32,000 bases of DNA from an uncultured Chloroflexia bacterium (GTDB lineage: Bacteria > Chloroflexota > Ktedonobacteria > Ktedonobacterales > JADMIN01), in assembly GCA_963718915.1 (NCBI GenBank), contig CAVRAI010000001.1, positions 477,911 to 509,910 on the forward strand, written 5' to 3'. A model generated the notes under the pieces. The model ran no database searches. It saw only the letters and a program-made list of their open reading frames with translations, and had not been told where the DNA came from. Below, one piece after another: positions 1 through 8,390 of the stretch (its first letter is position 1; the number at the start of each line of letters is the position of its first letter). Both the position numbers and the translations under genes were made by a program.

Positions 1-285
1 GGTGGCTTCCTGGGCTATCTGGCGCGGCGGCTGAGCAGCGAGGGCGCGCTCACCACGGGTGACTACCATCGCGCGCTCATCCACGGCAACATTCTCGGCT
101 CGTATGCCTGCGAGCAGTTCAGCGTCGGGCGGCTGCTCACGCTGACGCCAGATGCCATCGCGGCGCGCTACGGCGAGTTCGTCAGCTTCACCCATTTCGA
201 GGGCGAGTGGCAGACGAACGGAGCGAATGGAGCCAATGGGGCAAATGGCGCCCGTGTCGAAGTGGAGAAACAAACGGAGGACTAA
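1..285 (+). CDS. PfkB-family sugar/nucleoside kinase, C-terminal fragment (5' end outside window)
   Basis: Frame 1 is open from base 1 to TAA at 283-285. It is absent from the ORF track because there is no start codon in the window. The translation GGFLGYLARRLSSEGALTTGDYHRALIHGNILGSYACEQFSVGRLLTL... resembles the xFxGGF motif and C-terminal region of PfkB/ribokinase-family kinases. The tail has 4 imperfect 9-bp repeats coding (NGA)x4 at 217-252. An adenosine-kinase role is only inferred from the ahcY/metK neighbours. Confidence 0.6.
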   Translation, partial: GGFLGYLARRLSSEGALTTGDYHRALIHGNILGSYACEQFSVGRLLTLTPDAIAARYGEFVSFTHFEGEWQTNGANGANGANGARVEVEKQTED

Positions 286-628
286 ACGCCTCCTAAGTCT
301 GTCTTCAGTCTCGGCCTTGAAAGTGCCGGAGTAGAAAGTGATTGGGCTTGAATAGCTCCTCGTACATGCGAGACCGCGCATTCATGGCCTCATTCTGAAC
401 CTACTCCTGGCCATTTATGGCCAGAGGAGGCTGGTGATGTGAGTTTCCGCGACTGTGGCACAGTTCAAGCTGTCCAGGTCGCTTTCCTGAAAACGCCGGA
501 CGAACGGCCATGGGTCGGAGTATCCATGCCGCCACCGGCGCCGTGACCTCCGCTGGTTTGTCACGCCTGGGAGGGGCGTATGTGCGGGGCACCCGGCAGT
601 CTCCGGTGCTATGGGCGGCTGTAGCTAG

Positions 629-1999
<1,371 letters not shown>

Positions 2000-2010
2000 T
2001 TTTAACTCCG

Positions 2011-2115
2011 GACCTCACCCCCGGCCTATCGGCCACCCCCTCCCCCGCGAGGGGATGAGGCTGTAGGAACTCTCTAGCCCCCCTCTCCTGTGGGAGAGGG
2101 GTTGGGGGTGAGGTC
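2011..2115 (+). repeat. Family-1 nested-palindrome element, copy a (single, degenerate, 105 bp)
   Basis: Runs GACCTCACCCCCGG...GGCCTATCGGCC...CCCCTCTCCTGTGGGAGAGGGG...TTGGGGGTGAGGTC. It has terminal inverted repeats plus internal hairpins and starts 11 nt after the ahcY stop. Confidence 0.85.
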
Positions 2116-2204
2116 TAGGGTCAGCAATCTAATTGTGGGTATGTCAGTTGAGTGATGAGCGATGTTTAGTGATGTAATGGGAGCAGTGAGGCAAGCAGAA
2201 GACG

Positions 2205-3467
2205 ATGAGCAGCAGTAACAGTTTTATGACCGACCCCAAAGCGTTCTTCACCAGTGAAAGCGTGACTGAGGGACATCCTGATAAGCTCTGTGACCAGATC
2301 AGCGACGGCGTGCTCGACGCGATGCTGCGCGACGACCCGATGGCGCGCGTGGCCTGCGAGACGGCGACGACGACCGGGCTGGTTTTGGTGGCGGGCGAGA
2401 TCACCACCTCGACCTATGTGGATATTCCGGCTATCGTGCGCGAGACGATTCGCAAGGTCGGCTATGTGGACGCCAACTATGGCTTCGACTATCGCACCTG
2501 CGGCGTCACGACGGCGATTGGCAAGCAAAGCCTCGACATCGATCGCGGCGTCAGCGCCTCGCTGGAGTATCGCGAGCGCACCGCCAGCGGCGAGCTGACC
2601 GACGCCGAGCTTGAGGCGGTTGGCGCGGGCGACCAGGGCATGATGATCGGCTTTGCCTGCAACGAGACCGATGTGCTGATGCCAGCGGCGATCTACTTCG
2701 CCCACAACCTGTCGCGCAAGCTCGCCGAGAAGCGCAACGCCGACTGGGCGAGCAATGGCCCGCTGGCCTGGCTGCGTCCCGACGGCAAGAGCCAGGTGAC
2801 GGTGCAATACGAGTATGGCAAGCCGGTGCGCATCGATACTGTCGTCATCTCGACACAGCATGCCGAGGATGTCTCGCAGGAGCAGATTTTCAGCGATATC
2901 GTCGAGCAGGTCATCAAGCCGACACTGCCCGCGGAGTTGCTGGACGAGAAGACACGCTATCTGGTGAACCCGACTGGGCGCTTCGTCATCGGCGGCCCAA
3001 TGGGTGACGCCGGGCTGACTGGCCGCAAGATCATCGTCGATACGTACGGCGGTTTCGCCCGTCATGGCGGCGGCGCCTTCAGCGGCAAAGACCCGACCAA
3101 GGTGGACCGCTCCGGCGCCTATGCGGCGCGCTACGTCGCCAAAAATATTGTCGCGGCGGGCCTGGCGGATCGCTGCGAGGTGCAGGTGTCGTATGCCATC
3201 GGCGTCGCCCGCCCGATCTCGCTTTTTGTTGAGACCTTCGGCACGGGCAAGGTCTCCAATGCGACGCTGATCGACCTGATTCGCGAGCACTTCGATCTGC
3301 GCCCGGCGGGCATCATCCAGGCGCTCGATCTGCGCCGCCCGATCTATCAGCCGACCGCCGCCTATGGCCACTTTGGCCGCACCGACATCGACGCGCCGTG
3401 GGAGCGCACCGACAAGGTGGACGCGCTGCGGAACGCGGTGGGCGCACAGGTCAGTCAGCCCGCGTAA
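2205..3467 (+). CDS. metK: S-adenosylmethionine synthetase
   Basis: 420-aa ORF with canonical MetK motifs: [32 protein letters not shown] and [32 protein letters not shown]. Confidence 0.95.
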   Translation: MSSSNSFMTDPKAFFTSESVTEGHPDKLCDQISDGVLDAMLRDDPMARVACETATTTGLVLVAGEITTSTYVDIPAIVRETIRKVGYVDANYGFDYRTCGVTTAIGKQSLDIDRGVSASLEYRERTASGELTDAELEAVGAGDQGMMIGFACNETDVLMPAAIYFAHNLSRKLAEKRNADWASNGPLAWLRPDGKSQVTVQYEYGKPVRIDTVVISTQHAEDVSQEQIFSDIVEQVIKPTLPAELLDEKTRYLVNPTGRFVIGGPMGDAGLTGRKIIVDTYGGFARHGGGAFSGKDPTKVDRSGAYAARYVAKNIVAAGLADRCEVQVSYAIGVARPISLFVETFGTGKVSNATLIDLIREHFDLRPAGIIQALDLRRPIYQPTAAYGHFGRTDIDAPWERTDKVDALRNAVGAQVSQPA

Positions 3468-3472
3468 GGAGA

Positions 3473-3589
3473 ACCTCACCCCCGGCCCCTCTCCTGCGAG
3501 GAGAGGGGAGTATGCGCGTCGCCAACCGGCACACGGGTCACCCATGCCCTCCCCTCGTAGGGGAGGGTGGCCGAAGGCCGGGTGAGGTC
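3473..3589 (-). repeat. Family-1 element, copy b1 (reverse orientation, first of a dimer)
   Basis: ACCTCACCCCCGGCCCCTCTCCTGCGAGGAGAGGGG...CCCTCCCCTCGTAGGGGAGGGTGGCCGAAGGCCGGGTGAGGT. This is the reverse complement of the c/d/e-type copies. It starts 5 nt after the metK stop. Confidence 0.9.
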
Positions 3590-3602
3590 TCCCCTGGCGA
3601 CG

Positions 3603-3721
3603 GACCTCACCCCCGGCCCCTCTCCTGCGAGGAGAGGGGAGGCAGAGGCGTCGCCAACTGGCAGGATGGTCGCCCATGCCCTCCCCTCGCAGGGGAGGGT
3701 GGCCGAAGGCCGGGTGAGGTC
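3603..3721 (-). repeat. Family-1 element, copy b2 (reverse orientation, second of a dimer)
   Basis: Same architecture as b1, separated from it by the 13-nt spacer TCCCCTGGCGACG. Confidence 0.9.
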
Positions 3722-3769
3722 TGGGGCTGAGGCTTAGACATTTACTAACCTGGAAAAGCGAGTGACCTG

Positions 3770-5015
3770 ATGACGCCGGACGGTGTCGCGGAGAAGCCGA
3801 AGACCGCCCGGCTCTGGTCCAATCGCGACTGGGTGCTGCTCTGGAGCGGGCAGCTTGTCTCAGTCGTTGGAACTCAGGTCTCACAACTTGCCTATCCATT
3901 GCTCATGCTGGCGCTGACGAACTCGCCAGCCCAGGCGGGCTTCCTGAGCGCCGCCCGCACCATCCCCTATCTGCTGCTCGGCCTCCCAGCGGGCGCGCTG
4001 GTGGATCGCTGGGACCGCAGGCGCGTGATGATCGTCTGCGACGCCGGGCGGGCGCTGACGCTCGGCAGCATTCCCGCTGGCGCTGGCGTTTGGCTGGCTC
4101 ACCCTGGCGCAACTCTACGCCGTCGCGCTGGTGGAGGGCACGCTCAACGTCTTCTTCAATCTGGCGGAGACGGCGGCCCTCACGCGGGTCGTCTCGCGCG
4201 AGCAAATCCCATCCGCGACCACGCTCAATGAGGTGACGCTGAGCACCGGCTCGATGCTTGGCCCCGCGCTCGGCGGGCTGATCTTTGCCATTGGGCAGGG
4301 CTTCGCCTTCCTGGTGGACGCGATCTCCTACGCTATCTCAGTGATCTCGGTCTGGTTCATTCGCGCCGATCTGAGCGCGCCACGGACGGCGGACGCGAGC
4401 AGGCTGCAGGATGAAATCCGCGAGGGCATCGTGTGGCTCTGGCATCAGTCGCTGATGCGCTTCCTGGCGTTTGTGGTCGGCGGGACGGTGCTGATCGAGT
4501 CCGGGTATATGCTGGTGGTCATCATCCTGGCGCAGCGCATGGACGCCTCATCCATTGCCGTTGGATTAGTGCTGGGGGCTGGTGGAGTGGGCAGCGTCGT
4601 GGGCGCCGTGCTGTCTGGCCCCGCCATGCGACGGCTGACCTTCGGCCAGATTGCCATCGGCGTCCACTGGATCTGGGTCTTGCTACTGCCCCTCTATGCC
4701 ATCGCGCCGACGCCACTCGCCCTTGCCGCCATCACCGCCGCTGCCTATGGCGTGACCCCGATCTTCTTCGTCGCCCAGTATAGCTATCGCCTCACTCGCA
4801 TCCCCGACGAGTTGCAGGGGCGCGTCAATGGTGTCTTCCGCCTGTTGCTTTTCGGTGGTCAGCCGCTCGGCCTCGCGCTGGCGGGTCTGTTGAGCCAGTC
4901 CATCGGCCCCGTTCGCACAGTCCTGGTCTTTTCAGCCCTGCTGTTGCTGCTGGCGCTGGCCATCACGCTCAATCGCGAGCTGCGCCGCGCGGGCAAGCTG
5001 ACGGAGGTTGGGTGA
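3770..5015 (+). pseudogene. MFS transporter (MFS_3/EntS-like), interrupted by a +1 frameshift as sequenced
   Basis: Two overlapping ORFs (3770-4231 in frame 2, 4131-5015 in frame 0) together give a multi-TM MFS protein (WSGQLVSVVGTQVSQLAYPLLMLALT, DRWDRRRVM, many hydrophobic helices). The continuous reading ...LGSIP|LALAFGWLTLAQLYAVALVEG... requires skipping one C of CCC at 4073-4075. Confidence 0.75.
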
Positions 5016-5129
5016 GGTCCGTGGTGGTCACTCCGATGTGTATAGATGTCTTCCCGTCCTTTCCGCTTGTGCCCTCTTGCGCCATATCCCTCTCACTGCG
5101 ATAATAGACGCGCAGACAACAGGCAGGCA

Positions 5130-5249
5130 GACCTCACCCGGCCTTCGGCCACCCTCCCCTAGAAGGGGAGGGACATAGGCGACCATGTGTGCCAGATGGC
5201 GACGGGCGTGCTCCCCTCTCCTCGTAGGAGAGGGGCTGGGGGTGAGGTC
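5130..5249 (+). repeat. Family-1 element, copy c1 (forward, first of a dimer)
   Basis: GACCTCACCCGGCCTTCGGCCACCCTCCCCTAGAAGGGGAGGG...CCCCTCTCCTCGTAGGAGAGGGGCTGGGGGTGAGGTC. Confidence 0.9.
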
Positions 5250-5264
5250 TCTCGCCAGGGGAGA

Positions 5265-5379
5265 ACCTCACCCGGCCTTCGGCCACCCTCCCCTAGAGGG
5301 GAGGGAATAGGCGACCTGTGTGCCGGATGGCGACGGACGCGCTCCCCTCTCCTCCAGGAGAGGGGCTGGGGGTGAGGTT
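5265..5379 (+). repeat. Family-1 element, copy c2 (forward, second of a dimer)
   Basis: Separated from c1 by the 15-nt spacer TCTCGCCAGGGGAGA. That spacer shares the 10-mer CCCCTGGCGA, in reverse complement, with the b1/b2 spacer. The copy ends 24 nt before the mod start codon. Confidence 0.9.
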
Positions 5380-5403
5380 CCGTGAGGTCAGGAGAAATAC
5401 ACA

Positions 5404-7412
5404 GTGACAGAACTCGTATGGGATGGCAAATACGATAAGGATGGCAGGCGCGTCGCCCCCGTCAGGATACCGCTGCCGTTCCAGACCGTCGAGACGGTCA
5501 ACGAATCGGGCGTGCAGCGGGCCAACCAGCTTGGCCTCTGGGCGCAGGGACAGCCCGGCGAGTGGCGCAACCGCCTCATCTGGGGCGACAAGAAATACGT
5601 CCTGCCCTCGCTGCTGCCCGAGTTTGCGGGCAAGGTGAACCTGATCTACATCGACCCGCCCTTCGCCACCGGCAGCGACTTCTCCTTCACCACCACCATC
5701 CCCGAATCGGACGATGCCTTCACCAAAGAGCCGAGCATGGTGGAGCAGAAAGCCTACCGCGACACCTGGGGCCGTGGCCTGGATAGCTACCTGCAATGGT
5801 TCTACGAGACCGCCGTCCTGCTGCGCGAGCTACTGGCCGAGGATGGCAGCATCTATGTGCATCTGGACTGACAGTATCGGCATTATGTCGAAGGCGGTCT
5901 TGGATGAGGTGTTCGGTGCAGATAATTTCATGAACGAAATCATCTGGAAACGGACAAACGCCACAATGACACCAAATAATCTGCGAGGCATTCATGACAT
6001 GCATTTTCTTTACGCAAAGTCGCAAGATCATACGTGGAATCAACAATATCCGAGCCTGAATACAGAACGATTACGCCGATATCGAACCGATCAAGACGAA
6101 GATGCAATGATCACAGGCAGCATTTGAGCAATGCTCATCGCCTAGATCGCAAGCGTATGAATGGCGCGGATCAACGCCATCCGCAATGGAGAATGGGCGC
6201 GATATCCAGAAGCGGTTAGAAGATTATCGTAGAACGTGGGCTATTCTAGCGAAACGGATGAGTAGACCTGAGCATAGGATGGCATTAGAAGTCAATATCT
6301 GCGACGAGAATCGAAGGCAATGCGCTGCCAGCGATCTGATGGATGGACATAGTCACGATCTGGACAGACATAGCATGCCTGACGAAGATGCTAGACGTTA
6401 TCCCACCCAAAAGCCTGAAGCGCTGCTCGAACGCATCATCAACGCCTCCTCCAACGAGGGCGACCTGGTCCTCGACTGCTTCTGCGGCAGCGGCACGACG
6501 GCGGCGGTGGCCGAGAAGCTGGGCCGCCGCTGGATCACCTGCGACCTGGGCCGCTTCGCCATCCATACCACCCGCAAGCGGCTGCTCAGCATCCCTGGCG
6601 TCAAGCCGTTCATGGTGCAGAATCTCGGCAAGTACGAGCGGCAGCAGTGGCAGGCGGCGGAGTTCGCCCAGGGCGACCAGACCCAGTCGCCCGCCGCCCA
6701 GCTTGCCTATCGCCGCTTCATGCTCGACCTCTACCGCGCCCAGCCCATCGAAGGCTATAACTGGCTGCACGGCGTCCGCGACGGGCGGCTGGTCCATATC
6801 GGCGGCGTGGATGCGCCGATCTCCGTCGGCGACGTGCGCGCCATCGTCAAAGAGTTCTGGAACGCCAGCGGCTCGGCCAGCAGCAACGGCGTAGACATCC
6901 TCGGCTGGGACTTCGCCTTCGAGTTGAACGAGACCGCCAAGCAGATGGCCGCCGAGAACAACGTCAACCTGCGCTTCAAGACGATCCCACGCGAGGTGCT
7001 GGAGAAGCGCGCCGTCGAGCAGGGTGACATCACCTTCTTCGAGTTGGGCGCGCTCAGCGTCAGGGTCAGCCAGCGCGCATCGGAGATGACCAGCGCGGAG
7101 GAGCGCCCCAACGGCAGATATGCCACTATCACGCTCACCGATTTCATTGCGCCCTATCAGGATGTCCCCAACGAGATTGTCGGCAAAATCACCCGCTGGT
7201 CGCAGTGGATCGATTACTGGGCGGTGGACTGGGACTACCAGGGCGACGCCTTCCACAACATGGCCCAGACCTATCGCACCCGCAAAGACCCGCAACTGCA
7301 ACTCAGCCTGAGCCACACCTACGAGCAGCCGGGCACGTATACCGTGGTCATCAAAGTGATTGATATTCTCGGCAACGACACCACCAAAACGGTGAGTGTT
7401 ACCGTGGGGTGA
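5404..7412 (+). pseudogene. mod: Type III R-M modification methyltransferase (beta-class N6A/N4C amino-MTase), two +1 frame changes as sequenced
   Basis: The gene reads across three frames.
- Frame 1, 5404-5871 (GTG start, AGGAG at 5390-5394): ...LIWGDKKYVLPSLLPEFAGKVNLIYIDPPF (motif IV).
- Frame 2, to 6127: ...SKAVLDEVFGADNFMNEIIWKRTN...IHDMHFLYAKS.
- Frame 0, open 6111-7412: ...[52 protein letters not shown] (motif I FxGxG).
The motif order IV...TRD...I is typical of Type III Mod and PF01555-type methylases. The frame changes lie near 5865-5871 and within 6111-6127. Confidence 0.8.
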
Positions 7413-7415
7413 GCG

Positions 7416-7533
7416 GACCTCACCCGGCCTTCGGCCACCCTCCCCTGCGAGGGGAGGGCCTGGGCGACCATCCTGCCAGTTGGCGACGCGCATACTCCCC
7501 TCTCCTCCTAGGAGAGGGGCTGGGGGTGAGGTC
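7416..7533 (+). repeat. Family-1 element, copy d1 (forward, first of a dimer)
   Basis: Starts 3 nt after the mod stop codon. It has the full consensus: GACCTCACCCGGCCTTCGGCCACCCTCCCCTGCGAGGGGAGGGCCTGGGCGACCATCCTGCCAGTTGGCGACGCGCATACTCCCCTCTCCTCCTAGGAGAGGGGCTGGGGGTGAGGTC. Confidence 0.95.
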
Positions 7534-7548
7534 TGTGGCTGGTGAGCG

Positions 7549-7666
7549 GACCTCACCCGGCCTTCGGCCACCCTCCCCTGCGAGGGGAGGGCCTGGGCGA
7601 CCATCCTGCCAGTTGGCGACGCGCATACTCCCCTCTCCTCCTAGGAGAGGGGCCGGGGGTGAGGTT
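7549..7666 (+). repeat. Family-1 element, copy d2 (forward, second of a dimer)
   Basis: Differs from d1 at only 2 positions near the 3' end (GGGGCCGGGGGTGAGGTT). The d1-d2 period is 133 bp, including the 15-nt spacer TGTGGCTGGTGAGCG. Confidence 0.95.
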
Positions 7667-7694
7667 CGGGGTGAGGCCAGAAAGGAACGCCAAC

Positions 7695-8081
7695 ATGACA
7701 TCCGATCAAGCCATCGTTCTTGGCCAACGGGTCAAATCGGTGAAGGTCGAGCGCGCCAGAGAGCTACGGCGACATATGACCCGCGCGGAAAGGCTACTCT
7801 GGTCTCAGCTGCGCGGAGGCCAGCTTGGTGGCGTACGCTGGCGTCGTCAGCAAATCATAGACGGCTTCATCGTCGACTTCTACTGTCATGCCGCCAGCCT
7901 CATCGTCGAGCTTGACGGCGCCGTCCATCGCAACCAGCGGGAATACGACGCCGCCCGTGACGAAATACTGGCTACCCGGAACCTGCTCATCCTGCGCATC
8001 ACCAACACCGATGTGGAAACAGACATCAACGGCGTACTCGCTCGAATTCGCGCCGTTTGCCAGAAGCGAATTCGTCGATGA
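7695..8081 (+). CDS. DUF559 (Vsr / PD-(D/E)xK-like) endonuclease-domain protein
   Basis: 128-aa reading from ATG 7695, with GAAAGGAA at 7680-7687. The sequence ...MTRAERLLWSQLRGGQLGGVRWRRQQIIDGFIVDFYCHAASLIVELDGAVH...RDEILATRNLLILRITNTDV matches the DUF559 pattern (T.aE..LW..LR...FRRQ..i..yivDF.c....livElDG..H). The ORF-track start at 7542 extends upstream across repeat d2 and is rejected. Confidence 0.85.
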   Translation: MTSDQAIVLGQRVKSVKVERARELRRHMTRAERLLWSQLRGGQLGGVRWRRQQIIDGFIVDFYCHAASLIVELDGAVHRNQREYDAARDEILATRNLLILRITNTDVETDINGVLARIRAVCQKRIRR

Positions 8082-8103
8082 TAAGCCCTGCCCATCCCGC
8101 GCG

Positions 8104-8223
8104 GACCCCACCCGGCCTTCGGCCACCCTCCCCTGCGAGGGGAGGGCCTAGGCGACCAGAGCGGCAAGGGGGTGACGACTCTGTCTCCCCTCTCCTCCTA
8201 GGAGAGGGGCTGGGGGTGAGGTC
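8104..8223 (+). repeat. Family-1 element, copy e1 (forward, first of a dimer)
   Basis: GACCCCACCCGGCCTTCGGCCACCCTCCCCTGCGAGGGGAGGG...CCCCTCTCCTCCTAGGAGAGGGGCTGGGGGTGAGGTC. The central segment differs from the d copies. Confidence 0.9.
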
Positions 8224-8237
8224 CGGGCGCGTGGACA

Positions 8238-8356
8238 GACCTCACCCGGCCTTCGGCCACCCTCCCCTGCGAGGGGAGGGCCTGGGCGACCATCCTGCCA
8301 GTTGGCGACGCCTCTGCCTCCCCTCTCCTCCTAGGAGAGGGGCTGGGGGTGAGGTC
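8238..8356 (+). repeat. Family-1 element, copy e2 (forward, second of a dimer)
   Basis: Separated from e1 by the 14-nt spacer CGGGCGCGTGGACA. Ends 34 nt before the res ATG at 8391. Confidence 0.9.
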
Positions 8357-8390
8357 CGGGGATTCAAGCTCACGTTAGAAAGGAAACCGC

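Noticed and set aside
2166-3899. 577-aa minus-strand ORF spanning metK and repeat copies b1/b2
   Set aside because: It is antisense to a canonical metK. Its N-terminal part is translation of the palindromic repeats (PHPAFGHPPLRGEG...), so it is not a gene.
5869-5871. TGA read as a Trp-to-stop nonsense mutation (HLD* for an expected HxDW)
   Set aside because: Homologous sequence (…DSIGIMSKAVLDEVFGADNFMNEIIW…) resumes immediately in the +1 frame. A single extra base near 5865-5871 explains the break without invoking a nonsense mutation. The two cannot be fully distinguished without an alignment to intact homologues.
6034-6219. Third frame switch in mod, suggested by the frame-1 ORF containing AHRLD and PQWRMG (resembling the YRLD and WR motifs)
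   Set aside because: Frame 0 is open continuously from 6111 to 7412 and contains AYEWRG and the downstream YPTQKP block. Two +1 shifts are therefore sufficient, and the frame-1 similarities are short enough to be chance.
6285-7604. 439-aa minus-strand ORF opposite the mod C-terminal half and repeat d1/d2
   Set aside because: It is a shadow ORF. The plus strand carries the conserved methyltransferase motifs, and the minus translation is low-complexity.
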